This document shows positions 40,399 to 50,715 of a stretch of DNA of 64,000 bases, in pieces. The first letter of the stretch is position 1, and every line of letters begins with the position of its first letter. Source of the DNA: Candidatus Bathyarchaeota archaeon (GTDB taxonomy: Archaea; Thermoproteota; Bathyarchaeia; 40CM-2-53-6); NCBI GenBank assembly GCA_963726255.1, contig CAVSBL010000002.1, forward strand, positions 384,001 through 448,000, written 5' to 3'. Made by a program: the position numbers and the translations under genes. The notes under the pieces were generated by a model. It was not told the DNA's origin and did not search any database. It saw nothing but the letters and a program-made list of their open reading frames with translations.

Positions 40399-41011
40399 TG
40401 AATGGTTACGGCAGCGGAAGAGAGACCATTTTCACCGCCTAGCGAAAGCGAGAGGTTTCCGTAGTAGGGCCTCTTTCAAACTACTCCAAGTGGCCAAACG
40501 ATATTCCTTCGTGAAACGGAGCGACCACGTGCTTGACATCGGTTGCGCGCCTGGGGGTTGGTTGCAGGCGGCTCACCAACTCGTGGGGGGGAAAGGCTTT
40601 GTCCTAGGCGTCGACCTGCAAACTACAACCCCTCTTCAATTCGAGAATGTTTCCACAATCAAGGCTGACATAACCAAAGAAGAGGTCGTTGACCAAATCA
40701 GAGCAACGGCCCCTGGAATGTTTGATGTGGTCCTCTCCGATCTTTCCCCAAACCTATCCGGCGTGTGGGAAGTCGACCACGCCCGCCAGATCGAACTAGC
40801 TAGATGCACGTTGAGGATTGCGCGTAGCATACTGAAACCTTCGGGCGACATGCTCGTCAAGGTCTTTCAAGGTCCGGAATTAAGGGAATTTCAGCTTGAA
40901 ATGAAATCATCATTTCATGTCCTCAGGATAGTGAAACCACCCGCGAGCCGGCCTGAAAGCGCTGAGTTATACTTCTTGGGCCTAGGCTTCCTACATCAAG
41001 TTACGCAATAG
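40391..41011 (+). CDS. rlmE: 23S rRNA U2552 2'-O-methyltransferase (FtsJ/RlmE)
   Basis: RSRASFKL, DIGCAPGGWLQ, DVVLSD, VKVFQG, KPPASRPESAE. Confidence 0.94.
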   Translation: MPSEWLRQRKRDHFHRLAKARGFRSRASFKLLQVAKRYSFVKRSDHVLDIGCAPGGWLQAAHQLVGGKGFVLGVDLQTTTPLQFENVSTIKADITKEEVVDQIRATAPGMFDVVLSDLSPNLSGVWEVDHARQIELARCTLRIARSILKPSGDMLVKVFQGPELREFQLEMKSSFHVLRIVKPPASRPESAELYFLGLGFLHQVTQ

Positions 41012-42061
41012 TGCCCTTAACTCATCGATTTTCATGTCGGTCCTGAATCCAATGGGATCGAAGTGTGTCCGACTAGCTTGGTAGCCGTTCTTGCGTAAGG
41101 CTTCTAGAATTCGTGCGGTTCCAGGGGGCTCTATCTTAAGTGACCGGGCGAAGGCGTCAGTCCTGTAATAGAAAGCTGAATTGTCTGCTTCCTCTATGAT
41201 GCGGGACAGAATCATCTGAATTTCGGAAAGGCGCATTGATGATAGAGTCGGAGTACGTTGGACCATTCTCTGAACCACCCGTCCATCCCATAGCCGGCCA
41301 AGCCAGATTGGGCCACCGATTTCAACTTGCGCTCCGCAACATTTGCACACCATCTCAATTGACCCCAACGAGCTGGCTGAATTACGCATCAGACATTTCG
41401 GGCAATATTCCAGGAAACCCAACTGTTTCGCTGACTGATTCGCGGAAGCCTTTCCCTTCCTCAATGCCGCGTAGATTCGGGCGTAGTGGTCAGAAGCGTG
41501 TGCAAACACAACCTCAACGCCCAGTTCCAGTCTACCTGCGATTGCCGCCAAGCAGCCTGCTAGGATTCTGACAGCCATCTCTTTCTCGAATTCCGTTCGA
41601 ATTGCCCTCGCACCGTATTTGCGAAAGCATGCCGCAGGCCTCGCACCCGTGAGCGGCCCCATATCAGTTGCGGTAGCCGCGAGAATGCCACCGTCCGCGA
41701 TCGCCCGCAAGGCAGATTCCAAATACGGAGCAGGGGAACCGAAGGGATCTAGGTCCACAAGGTCAAACCTATCCTGCATGTGCTCGAGCAGCAACAGGTT
41801 CGCGTCCGATTCAACAACGGCCACCTCCTTCTCCAAACCGTTGAGCCGGATTGTTCGCTTCGCCGCCTCCACTGCTTCCGGGCTCTTGTCGGCCGCAACA
41901 ACGCGCGCTACGTTGGGAGCCTCCAACACATAGCGTACCGCCCGAACGCCCGACCCTGTCATGGCGTCACAGACGCGAAGCCGCTTACCCTCGGGAAAGA
42001 ACGAGGCCGAAAACAGAACCGCAAAGTCTCGGCCTAGGTTCATTCTCGGGTTGTAGAACAC
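40991..42061 (-). CDS. trm1: tRNA (guanine26-N2)-dimethyltransferase
   Basis: FYNPRM, GSGVRAVRY, DLDPFGSP, TATD, GPIWLG, THF; N-terminus appears short. Confidence 0.92.
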   Translation of the reverse strand: MFYNPRMNLGRDFAVLFSASFFPEGKRLRVCDAMTGSGVRAVRYVLEAPNVARVVAADKSPEAVEAAKRTIRLNGLEKEVAVVESDANLLLLEHMQDRFDLVDLDPFGSPAPYLESALRAIADGGILAATATDMGPLTGARPAACFRKYGARAIRTEFEKEMAVRILAGCLAAIAGRLELGVEVVFAHASDHYARIYAALRKGKASANQSAKQLGFLEYCPKCLMRNSASSLGSIEMVCKCCGAQVEIGGPIWLGRLWDGRVVQRMVQRTPTLSSMRLSEIQMILSRIIEEADNSAFYYRTDAFARSLKIEPPGTARILEALRKNGYQASRTHFDPIGFRTDMKIDELRALLRNLM

Positions 42062-42151
42062 GCCCCGCGGGTGAGGGGTAACCTTGCCCTTCCTTCGCTA
42101 TGTTTACTCGGTGTGCCAGTCCTTTGGTGAGCCTGTAAGGCCGATTTCAAT

Positions 42152-42691
42152 CTACATCTGGCTCTCAATTCTTTCTGTTATCGACTTTGCCAACTCGTTG
42201 CGATTGCTCGCCGTTACTTCATGAATTTGGTATGCAGGGTTCGATTTGATTGCTGCGACTAGGTAATGTGAGGCGCGTTTGTGGATCGTCCCCACGAAGT
42301 GTTTTGGTGTCGCCAACGCCATCTCAACGGCAAGGATGAACGGCATAGAATGCAATTCCATAGGACCCAGCTCGTCAACCAATATCACGTCGGCGTCCTC
42401 GATAGCATGCTTGATTGCTGATACGGCAACTCGCTGAATATCCACCAAGCTCACGCGGTACTTACCCACAGTTGGGCCATCTGTCTGAGAAACGTGGGCA
42501 AGAATGCCGATTTCGTGTGTCAGTATATCCTCAAGGTTGAAACCGACTCGGACACTCCCTTCGCGAATCTCGCCCGATATGACTCCCCCCACTTTCCTTC
42601 CATGTGCAGCCAGGGTTTCGGAAATCTTCTTGATGGTAGTGGTTTTCCCACACCCAGGTTCGCCTGTCAAAAAGATGCGGGAGGGTGGCAT
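42152..42691 (-). CDS. NTPase (THEP1 family)
   Basis: TGEPGCGKTT, VGKYRV, LVDELGPME. Confidence 0.92.
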   Translation of the reverse strand: MPPSRIFLTGEPGCGKTTTIKKISETLAAHGRKVGGVISGEIREGSVRVGFNLEDILTHEIGILAHVSQTDGPTVGKYRVSLVDIQRVAVSAIKHAIEDADVILVDELGPMELHSMPFILAVEMALATPKHFVGTIHKRASHYLVAAIKSNPAYQIHEVTASNRNELAKSITERIESQM

Positions 42692-42754
42692 GGCGCTTGC
42701 AGAGAAGGTCGTAGCTTTTAACTCCTAAAGTCTCTGTTACCATAGGTCGATTAT

Positions 42755-43429
42755 ATGGCAGAGCTCATCGCGGGTGTGGATGATGCTGGGCGCGGCCCAA
42801 TCATAGGGCCGCTCGTGGTCGCAGGAATATTGTTGGGGGGAAATCGCGACTGCGAATTATTGACGATGGGCGTCAAAGATTCAAAGTTGCTGAGCCCTGA
42901 AGTACGTGCCCAGCTAGCCCCAAGAATTAGGGCGCTCGCCACGAAGGTTAGCGTCGCAGAAGTCCAACCAAAGGAGATCGACGACGTCGTGTTGCACGGT
43001 GGGAAGTTGAGGAAACTGAACTTCTTGGAAGCCCAGTTGATGGCTCAAGTGATAAGCGAACTCTCTCCGAGGGAAGCGTACGTTGATGCTTCAGACGTTA
43101 ACGAAAAACGGTATGGAGAAACAATTCGGGAATTCCTGCCCGCAGCCTTACGCGGCATCAGACTGGTGTCAGAGCACCATGCAGATAGGACCTATCCTGT
43201 AGTCTCAGCGGCCAGCATCATTGCGAAAGTGAGGAGGGACGAGGCCGTTGAGGCTTTGCGAGGTGAATACGGGAATTTCGGGTCCGGCTACATAACCGAT
43301 GAGAGGACGATGACCTTCCTCAGAGAGTGGAGGCGCACTCACGCCGAGTATCCACCAATCGTCCGTCTTTCTTGGAAGACCATAAAGGAGATTGAGCGCG
43401 ACCTAGGTCAGTCACGGCTTGGGGCGTAA
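42755..43429 (+). CDS. rnhB: Ribonuclease HII
   Basis: GVDDAGRGPIIGP, VKDSK, VSAASIIAK, FGSGY. Confidence 0.95.
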   Translation: MAELIAGVDDAGRGPIIGPLVVAGILLGGNRDCELLTMGVKDSKLLSPEVRAQLAPRIRALATKVSVAEVQPKEIDDVVLHGGKLRKLNFLEAQLMAQVISELSPREAYVDASDVNEKRYGETIREFLPAALRGIRLVSEHHADRTYPVVSAASIIAKVRRDEAVEALRGEYGNFGSGYITDERTMTFLREWRRTHAEYPPIVRLSWKTIKEIERDLGQSRLGA

Positions 43430-43902
43430 TCAAACAGTTCCTTTGGAATTCCGAAACCGATGACAATGAGGCTATGGAATTTTCGAAGCAGTTCCGTGAC
43501 CTGCGACCTGTACAGGAAAGTAGCCTCTTGATCCTTGTACATCTGGTAATAATCTAGGTTGGTAAGGCCTAGGATCTTCCTGACCGTAAATTCCTCAACA
43601 CGTTCACCTAAAATTGTGTAAATCGACCTGCCCAGCTCCATTCTTCTGAGGACAATAATCGGGAGTTTCACGTGGTCTTGATATTCGGCTGGAACCATCT
43701 TCGCTAGTTCCTCAAGGTCGGATTTTCTTAGTATGATGTCCGTACCGTCAGTGGCCTCGACGGTTGGGTCGTTCTCCTTCAGGAGTTCGCTTAGGCTGCG
43801 CCTTTGCTTTGGGAGGTGCGTGTTCAGTTTTCGAAGTTCATGGCCGAGAACAGCATCCATTGCCCGTTCCAATGTGCCCTTCGAATTGCACAATGAGGTC
43901 AT
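43408..43902 (-). CDS. DUF61-family protein
   Basis: LNTHLPKQRRSLSELL...LPII; context next to flpA. Confidence 0.75.
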   Translation of the reverse strand: MTSLCNSKGTLERAMDAVLGHELRKLNTHLPKQRRSLSELLKENDPTVEATDGTDIILRKSDLEELAKMVPAEYQDHVKLPIIVLRRMELGRSIYTILGERVEEFTVRKILGLTNLDYYQMYKDQEATFLYRSQVTELLRKFHSLIVIGFGIPKELFDYAPSRD

Positions 43903-44594
43903 GCCCGACTGGCCACTACCATAGCGTGGTCTTTCTCGTAGGGTTCCAAACGAACGGTCTGAAGGATGTCAAAATGCCTTGCGCGAAGTATTCCAGTTTC
44001 CTGTTTGAAAACATCAGCGGGCTCCATAGTTACATCGACGCTTCTCGACTTTATCGCAATCAACGCTGACCCTTGGGGTTTCAAGAATAGGTCAGCGTTG
44101 TCGGCCAGTATTTTCGCCTGCTCCGGTTGAGCTACATCGGAATAAATCACATCTACTCGATCCACCAATGCCTTGTATCTCTCTGGTAAACGCGCGTCTG
44201 CGAGGATCGGGTAAACATTGGAGCGATGATGACACACCGTGTCGATGAGTTCCCGCATGCTTCTTTGCGCGAATTCTACACAATACACTCGGCCGCGTTC
44301 TTCCACAATGTCACTGACATGGCTTGCTGTCGTGCCCGAAGCGGATCCTAAGTACAGCACGGCTTTACCTGGCTGAATGGGAAGGGAGTTAATGTCACGA
44401 AGAATAGCAGCAGCCAGTTTGCTCCTGTAAGCGTCCCATGTTCTGAATTCGGTGTCCTTGCTCTTGACGAGCAGTTCACCGTAGACGCTGACGCCCGGCG
44501 CTAAGTTCTTCGTTGCAAGGCGCCTGCTCCCGTCTTCGAGGGTTACCCAATAGACCCCCTCGAAAGGGTCATACGGCCTAACGTTTGCGGCCAA
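43899..44594 (-). CDS. flpA: Fibrillarin (box C/D 2'-O-methyltransferase)
   Basis: RSKLAAAI, VLYLGSASGTTASHVSD, DVAQPEQ, LEPYEKDH. Confidence 0.96.
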   Translation of the reverse strand: MAANVRPYDPFEGVYWVTLEDGSRRLATKNLAPGVSVYGELLVKSKDTEFRTWDAYRSKLAAAILRDINSLPIQPGKAVLYLGSASGTTASHVSDIVEERGRVYCVEFAQRSMRELIDTVCHHRSNVYPILADARLPERYKALVDRVDVIYSDVAQPEQAKILADNADLFLKPQGSALIAIKSRSVDVTMEPADVFKQETGILRARHFDILQTVRLEPYEKDHAMVVASRA

Positions 44595-45795
44595 ACTCTC
44601 TCTTCTTCGATGGAATAGGCGTCTTGTACCTTTCCTTTATCTCGTTGACTTTCCTGTCGACGTCATCCCTCAATTTCTGACCTAGGAATTCGCCGCCGAA
44701 GGCATCAATCCTGGCGGCGATGCTAAGCTTTCCTGATAGGGCTCTAGCGATTTTTCCTCTCTGCCAGCGGGGAGATTGATGAATCGCGGTGTGCTGGAAT
44801 ATTACGCCATGTTTCGGCGGCCTGGCGCCGGTCTTCAAGGAGCGGAAAAGTGCTTTCTCAGCACCGAGTACCTGCAGAGTGCTTGCGGGCATCTTGGCTA
44901 AATTGTCGAGGCTCCCAGCAATGGAGATCAACCTCGCGGAGAGTGGCGCTCCCACAATGGCTGTCATGTTCGGGGCTACCTCTTTGAGAACGTCCTCAAC
45001 GTACGCCTCACTCTTTCCCCTGAATTTGTAGAGGTCAAGCATGAGTTCACAAAACGATTGAAGCACCGCCAGGTCAGGCTCACTGATTTCAGCGCCCATA
45101 GACTTCCTTGCAGCGCCGCCGAGTTCCTCCGCCTTCTCCTTCGGAATACCCTCGGTTACAAGATTCTCGTACGTGAAATTCCTGCGGTTTCCAAGTTTCG
45201 CAACTAGCCGTGCATAGGTATCATGCTTTTCCACAATCCTATCCATCTCAGGAAAATGAAGGCCAAACCACTCACGGACGCGTCCTGCGAGCAAGTTCAG
45301 CACCTTGTCCAAATCATCCATCGCTCGAACGGCTTGTACAGCGCTGAGGTCGCGCCTTGCCGCCGCAACTGCAATCCCGGCCCGTGCAAGCTGCAAAGTG
45401 ACCTGCCGGGCAAAATCATTGTAGGCTTGGGGGGTCTTGAAAATGGGTGACTCAAGGGATTGCTTCTTCAACCAAGCGTTCCGCCCCTCCCACTCGGAGC
45501 CTAAGTGGAGGCGAAATTGCTCAGCAATCGGAGAGGATTTGACCGAGACCTTCAGTTTCTCTGCTTTCTCGACAGCTCTTGCAATTTGCTCATTCTCGAA
45601 CACTAACGGGCTATGTTTCTTGGCAGCCTGCTTTAGGCTATCAACAACCGCTCTTGAAAGAGTGCCGTCCTGTAAATCCTTCAGTTCGACTGCCGCGGCT
45701 TCCGGTTTAGGTGAAAACAAGACCTTCTCCAGAACGTTTGACTTTTCATCAAGTATGAAAAGGCCGGCGGGTGTCTCAACTACGTATGCTTCCAA
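44578..45795 (-). CDS. nop5: Nop5 (Nop56/58) box C/D RNP protein
   Basis: REWFGLHFPE, APN, PASTLQVLGAEKALF, PKHGVIF. Confidence 0.96.
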   Translation of the reverse strand: MEAYVVETPAGLFILDEKSNVLEKVLFSPKPEAAAVELKDLQDGTLSRAVVDSLKQAAKKHSPLVFENEQIARAVEKAEKLKVSVKSSPIAEQFRLHLGSEWEGRNAWLKKQSLESPIFKTPQAYNDFARQVTLQLARAGIAVAAARRDLSAVQAVRAMDDLDKVLNLLAGRVREWFGLHFPEMDRIVEKHDTYARLVAKLGNRRNFTYENLVTEGIPKEKAEELGGAARKSMGAEISEPDLAVLQSFCELMLDLYKFRGKSEAYVEDVLKEVAPNMTAIVGAPLSARLISIAGSLDNLAKMPASTLQVLGAEKALFRSLKTGARPPKHGVIFQHTAIHQSPRWQRGKIARALSGKLSIAARIDAFGGEFLGQKLRDDVDRKVNEIKERYKTPIPSKKREFGRKR

Positions 45796-46069
45796 ACCAA
45801 CAATCTCCCGTGCCAGTCAATGGGTGAAGCTTCAGCTTCGGGCACGGATAAACGGCCGCGAGTTGAATAAAGCTTTGTGAGTTTGTCGGGGTCTTCAGGT
45901 TGCGTCCGCGAAGTAGACGCTTGAGTAAGCGACTTGTGGTCTGTGAGCCGCTTACCGTGGCAATGCTCTGCTTTAGGCTCGCCTTTCAGCACGGTCCGGT
46001 TATTTGAGAAGCCATCCTCAAACGCCCACGTAGTCCCGTGTCGCTTTTTGTGGGACTGTCTGCGGCTCT

Positions 46070-46921
46070 TTAGCGATGATGGCTATCTGGGTCGTTGCAG
46101 CTGGTCTGGTAGTAGTGATGGTTGTAGTAATAGTAGTAGTAATTGTTACCGCTCTGATAGCCGCAATTGGCATAGTTACTTTGATAGCAGTATGATGGTT
46201 GGTCGTTGCAGTAGGTCATGCTAGGATAGCAGTAGGAAGTCTGGTAACAGTTACCGTAGCAGTTGTTGCCATAACAATTGTTACCATAATTGTTACCATA
46301 ACAGTTGTAATTTGGATAGCAGGATCCATTGCCGTTAGGGTAACCGTTCTGGTAGGTGAGGTTCACCTGTACCATTTGGCCTGTCGTTGCTAGGAGCGGT
46401 CCGTATCCGTTGCCGTAGCTGTTTTGGCCGCTATAGACTGACACTGTGATTCGTATTTGATGTCCCAGAATTGAGGGTGGAAGATTGAACAATAGTTGTC
46501 CGTTGAACGTACTGCCACCGTAAACAGAATTCAGCATTGTGTTCACTGAACCAAAGTCAACGTTAGCTGATGTGTCGAATGCATCTCCCGAGGCGTACAA
46601 TGGGCCGCCGACGTACGAACAGGATGTTGAGACGGGAACAATAATTCCAACATTCGAACCGTAATAGTACTGTGTCGAGGTGAGGCTGGAGTAACCCAGC
46701 GAAGCAGTGCACGATTGAGCAGCCACTAAGGGATAGTTCCCCGCGGCTGCGAACATTGCGGTTAACAGGAAACCCAACAGCAAAATTCCGCTATTGCGTT
46801 CGATCAAGAATACCTTGCTCCTTAACAATGCAAGAGGCACTAGAACTCTTAATCTTAGGTGGAATTCTTCTACAGTGAGCAGGCGATGCCTACAAAGTAG
46901 AAAAGTACTCAGCACCATCAA
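46070..46921 (-). CDS. Secreted protein with Tyr/Cys/Asn-rich C-terminal tail
   Basis: Signal-like hydrophobic segment; NCYGN repeats; true start probably downstream of the tracked one. Confidence 0.65.
   Translation of the reverse strand: MMVLSTFLLCRHRLLTVEEFHLRLRVLVPLALLRSKVFLIERNSGILLLGFLLTAMFAAAGNYPLVAAQSCTASLGYSSLTSTQYYYGSNVGIIVPVSTSCSYVGGPLYASGDAFDTSANVDFGSVNTMLNSVYGGSTFNGQLLFNLPPSILGHQIRITVSVYSGQNSYGNGYGPLLATTGQMVQVNLTYQNGYPNGNGSCYPNYNCYGNNYGNNCYGNNCYGNCYQTSYCYPSMTYCNDQPSYCYQSNYANCGYQSGNNYYYYYYNHHYYQTSCNDPDSHHR
46244..46310 (-). repeat. Degenerate 12-15 nt tandem repeat encoding NCYGN units
   Basis: Repeated ttgttaccata / cagttaccgta on the + strand. Confidence 0.6.
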
Positions 46922-46962
46922 TGGAAACTGGTTGATTCAGTAGCGCGTGCTCATGAGCGCCC

Positions 46963-48609
46963 TCAGTTTTCTTTCCCGTAAGCGATCTTACCGTCAACTA
47001 TCGTCCAAAGAACCCTAATTTTCGAAATCGTTGATGGGGCTACTTTTCGTGGATCCTTCTCGATGATTACTAGGTCCGCGAGTTTTCCAGGTGAGATTGT
47101 TCCTTTGATGTCTTCCTCGCATGAGGCGTAGGCCGCGTTGCGAGTGTAGAATTTGATGGCTTCTTCGACGGCCACAGCTTCTCCTCCCGTTCTGTTGACC
47201 GCTGCCTCAATCCCTGAGAGAGGCGTCAATGGTTCGACCGGACAGTCCGATCCCGCTACGACAGTGACTCCGGCGTGGACTAGGCTGCGAAATGGGTAGG
47301 CGAGCGAAGCTCGATTTGTACCCAGCCTCTGTTCGAGCCAAGAGTCCGAGACGATGAAGCGGGGTTGAACTGAGGCCACGAGCCCCAATTCGCCCATCCG
47401 CTTGATGAGGTCCGTGGTAAGAACTGAGGCGTGTTCAATTCTATGCCGAAGGTTCTTTTTCGGGGCCAATTCACGCGCCTTCGCAACTGCATGAAGCACC
47501 ATTGCGGCAGCCCTGTCTCCTATGGCGTGTGCGGCTACCTGAAAATCGGATCGATGGGCTTCTTCGATAAGAACGTCAAGTTCTTGTTGGCTGTGAATTG
47601 CAACGCCTTGATTCTTAGGGTCGTCGGCGTAGGGGACTTCGAGCGCTGCCGTTCGCGCTCCGAGAGACCCATCCGTGAAAATCTTGACGCCTCCGATGCG
47701 AACCCATTCATCGCCAAACCCAGAACGAAGGCCCAGCGCAACCGCTGCCTTCAACTGTTGGGTGGGAATGAGTAAGTAGAACCGAAGTGGAAGCAGGCCT
47801 TGCGCTTTCAGCTTGAGCAGCGCTTTCAGTTCCAACTCGGAACCAGTGATGCAATGAACTGTTGTTAATCCCGCCGCCAACGCATGCTGGCACGCGGTTT
47901 GCGCAGCCTGCGCATAGTCATCCTGTTCAAGCGGAGGGATTAATCTGCTTACTAGGTCAACCGCATTTTCGCGAAGTATACCCGTGGCTTCACCTGTTGA
48001 TTGACGGTCGATTATTCCTCCCATAGGGTTCGGTGTTTCGGCGGTTATTGTGGCCATTGCGAGAGCGGCCGAGTTTACCACACAGATGTGGCCGCAAATT
48101 CGCCTGAGAAGAACTGGTTTTTCGGGGGAAGCCTCATCAAGGTCTCTTCGGGTCGGATAGCGTTTTTCAGTAAACTTCTCTTGGTCCCAGCCGCGCCCCA
48201 AGACCCACGCGTTTGACCCGCGTGCCTGTACGGTGACTGATTCCTTAACCTCTTCGATGCTCTGGGCATCTCTCAGGTCGATATTTCTTAGGGAAAGGCC
48301 GTATTCGATTAGGTGAATGTGGCAATCGGTAAATCCTGGCAGGATGGTTGCGCGCTTCACGTCGATGATTCTAGTCTTCGGTCCTACAAGGGACTGTATC
48401 TCTTGGTTGTTTCCTACCCCAACGATTCTGCCCGCCAAGACTGCAATTGCTTGGGCTATTGGCCGGGCAGCGTCCATCGTGAGGACGTTGCCGTTCAAGA
48501 AAACTAATGTTGGGTTGAGGGAGGAGGTGTGCCTACTTCTGCTTCTTTTGGTTCTTACTCGACGCGTTCCATAACGTGATGACTGTTTGGATTTCTTTCG
48601 GCCACTCAA
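46963..48609 (-). CDS. Amidohydrolase_3 (YtcJ-like) metallohydrolase
   Basis: PGFTDCHIH, KIFTDGSLGARTA, HAIGDRA, HRIEHAS, GSDCP, GKLADLV; real start likely near 48520. Confidence 0.92.
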   Translation of the reverse strand: MSGRKKSKQSSRYGTRRVRTKRSRSRHTSSLNPTLVFLNGNVLTMDAARPIAQAIAVLAGRIVGVGNNQEIQSLVGPKTRIIDVKRATILPGFTDCHIHLIEYGLSLRNIDLRDAQSIEEVKESVTVQARGSNAWVLGRGWDQEKFTEKRYPTRRDLDEASPEKPVLLRRICGHICVVNSAALAMATITAETPNPMGGIIDRQSTGEATGILRENAVDLVSRLIPPLEQDDYAQAAQTACQHALAAGLTTVHCITGSELELKALLKLKAQGLLPLRFYLLIPTQQLKAAVALGLRSGFGDEWVRIGGVKIFTDGSLGARTAALEVPYADDPKNQGVAIHSQQELDVLIEEAHRSDFQVAAHAIGDRAAAMVLHAVAKARELAPKKNLRHRIEHASVLTTDLIKRMGELGLVASVQPRFIVSDSWLEQRLGTNRASLAYPFRSLVHAGVTVVAGSDCPVEPLTPLSGIEAAVNRTGGEAVAVEEAIKFYTRNAAYASCEEDIKGTISPGKLADLVIIEKDPRKVAPSTISKIRVLWTIVDGKIAYGKEN

Positions 48610-48739
48610 TTTGTCCGCCGCATTTGTCGCAGTATTTGGCCTGGAGAAAAACTTCCTGTTTACAGTTTTCGCAGAAGAACCTTTCTTGTTGTCCTGGTTT
48701 CTGAGTTGGTGGTCTTCGGATTTGAAGTTTCTCAGTCAG
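48533..48739 (-). CDS. Small zinc-ribbon protein (CxxC-x10-CxxC), probable CTG start
   Basis: Manual translation ...RFFCENCKQEVFLQAKYCDKCGGQIEWP... Confidence 0.65.
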   Translation of the reverse strand: MTEKLQIRRPPTQKPGQQERFFCENCKQEVFLQAKYCDKCGGQIEWPKEIQTVITLWNASSKNQKKQK

Positions 48740-49086
48740 TGTTATTGTTTGAACCCCCAGCCTTTCGAGATAGGGGATGGGTACTGATATGTTCCTTTAC
48801 GCCGTCTTAGGCTCAAAAACCGTCGAATTCGAGTTGGGAGCTACACAACAATATTGCAAAGGATATGGGTAAGCGCCCCATGGTCAAACATAGCCTTTCC
48901 TAGAGTAGAAACGTTGGGGGATCGAATTGATCTGTAGTGAATGTGGGGCCCTGATGAAGGATAAAACCGAGCTAGCACAACATAAGAAGGCTTGCCCGCG
49001 GGCAGTTCAAGGAAGATGTTAGCATTAACCGTTCGAGCGATAACAATTGGAAACTGCTAATTCCCCATCATGAGCTGTAATCCGCT

Positions 49087-49359
49087 ATGTCAGGTCTCAA
49101 AAAGTACAGGCGAGGAACGTTCGACAAACGTGTAGCTTATGGCCAAAGGGACCGGAAGCTCATGCTAGTTGCGAGGGGAATTTTGAAGGGTTTCGAGGTC
49201 AAATGTAGGACCGAGAACGCGGCCAGAAACCTAGCTTACTCGCTGCGAATTAGGGCGACACGAATCGCGGCGGAGGATTACGCAAGGTTCGGCCTTAAAG
49301 TGAGGTTGGAGGGTATGAAGGTCTACGTCCTCGGAATGCCCAAACACAAGACAAGCTAA
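49087..49359 (+). CDS. Small basic hypothetical protein
   Basis: ATG-initiated 90-aa Arg/Lys-rich frame. Confidence 0.5.
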   Translation: MSGLKKYRRGTFDKRVAYGQRDRKLMLVARGILKGFEVKCRTENAARNLAYSLRIRATRIAAEDYARFGLKVRLEGMKVYVLGMPKHKTS

Positions 49360-49442
49360 GTCTAGGGTGAAAAGGGGGATGCCGAAGCCTTGACCGAAAT
49401 TGATAAACCACTAACGACCCACATAGTTAGGATGGGTATTCT

Positions 49443-49634
49443 TTGCCTGATAATCTATGGTTGAGTGATTACGTGGCGCAGGAGGATTCTTGCCCCTTCG
49501 ACAAGAAGGTTTGTTTGGAGTGCGAGTTTGCAGAGCGCCTTGCCCTCACCGGTGTGCCTGTCGACTGTAAACGGGGCCACATTGAGAAAGTAAAATCGCT
49601 TTGGGACTACATGTTCAAAGGCTACAAGCGATAA
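49443..49634 (+). CDS. Small Cys-containing hypothetical protein
   Basis: CPFDKKVCLEC...DC pattern. Confidence 0.45.
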   Translation: MPDNLWLSDYVAQEDSCPFDKKVCLECEFAERLALTGVPVDCKRGHIEKVKSLWDYMFKGYKR

Positions 49635-49748
49635 AAGCGCCTGTCTTCGCGGCGCCAGCTTTGTGTTCTGTTCGGCTCCTACGGCGAGGCAGCGCGTAAA
49701 CGGAGAAAGGCATTTAAACAATAATCAGGTTTCTGTGGTTGAACAAAA

Positions 49749-49931
49749 ATGAGCACTAAAACAAAGTCCTATCTTGCGATATTGATGGGTATAATCATCA
49801 TCCTCGCGGACATATACTGGCTCATAGTCGGGAACAGCTACCAGTACGCACCCTGGCTCGCTGCAGGCATTGTGATCCTCATAGCCAGCGTCGTCTGGAT
49901 CATTCTCGACTACAGCCTAATGGAAAAGTGA
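49749..49931 (+). CDS. Small 2-TM membrane protein
   Basis: Two hydrophobic helices; TTTAAA box upstream, T-rich tract downstream. Confidence 0.7.
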   Translation: MSTKTKSYLAILMGIIIILADIYWLIVGNSYQYAPWLAAGIVILIASVVWIILDYSLMEK

Positions 49932-50076
49932 GCCTCTAGGCACTTAACGAAAGCCTAGGCCACGCCTCCTCATTCCTTTAGTTTCTTTTCTAGATTCGCA
50001 GTTGTTTCATGTCTTTGTAGCCGCGCCACCAGGATATGGAACCAAGTTAACGCGGTGCAAAGTGCGAGTAGCGCGA

Positions 50077-50574
50077 CTACGCGCCGCGTGTTTCTTGTGA
50101 ACCTATCCATGTCATTTCGGGTGGCTCGATGTTATGCTGCCACAGGAGCGCTATGATTTCGCCCAAGTGATGCGCCTGTTCCAATGTTACTTGCATAAGG
50201 GCATCCGCCAGACTGTGCTCCCTATCCATCCACTCCACCTTGATTGGCTGTACGAGCATGGAATCAGTAAGGCCTTCGAGCAGCTTATCGACAGTGGCCT
50301 CGACGTGTTTCACGTATTTCTTCATGTTCTCCATCGACTGATAGCATTCATCGAGTTCAGATTCGGGCACCCCGGATGACTCCCCCGCCCTGGCATGGTT
50401 CAGCCAGCCGTCATAAACGGTTAAAATGTGTGTGAAAATATCCTTCATCGAGTTATGGCTTGCCTCAAGGTTTGACGAAACCAGTTGCGACGGGAGTCCG
50501 TCGAGAAGGTCTAGAAAAGCGTGTAGGACAGACCAGTTGTACCTGAAAATTCCCCTGAAATCATCTGCGTTCAT
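50077..50574 (-). CDS. DinB-family protein
   Basis: YNW, HIL, EQAHHLGEI, PP motif. Confidence 0.85.
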   Translation of the reverse strand: MNADDFRGIFRYNWSVLHAFLDLLDGLPSQLVSSNLEASHNSMKDIFTHILTVYDGWLNHARAGESSGVPESELDECYQSMENMKKYVKHVEATVDKLLEGLTDSMLVQPIKVEWMDREHSLADALMQVTLEQAHHLGEIIALLWQHNIEPPEMTWIGSQETRGA

Positions 50575-50715
50575 TTGACTCGCGGGTAGGTCAGCTCTGG
50601 TGGCTATAAATTGATGGCGCGACATTCTCTGCTTGCTTTGGCTTTGGGAGAGTTAACCCATAATAAGCTGGTTGCCTAGCGTCATTGGTCTACATGGAGA
50701 AATCGGATTGTTTCT

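Noticed and set aside
42062-42150. Truncated trm1 as a pseudogene
   Set aside because: Catalytic motifs are intact; the short N-terminus may be natural or reflect base errors in nearby G/C runs.
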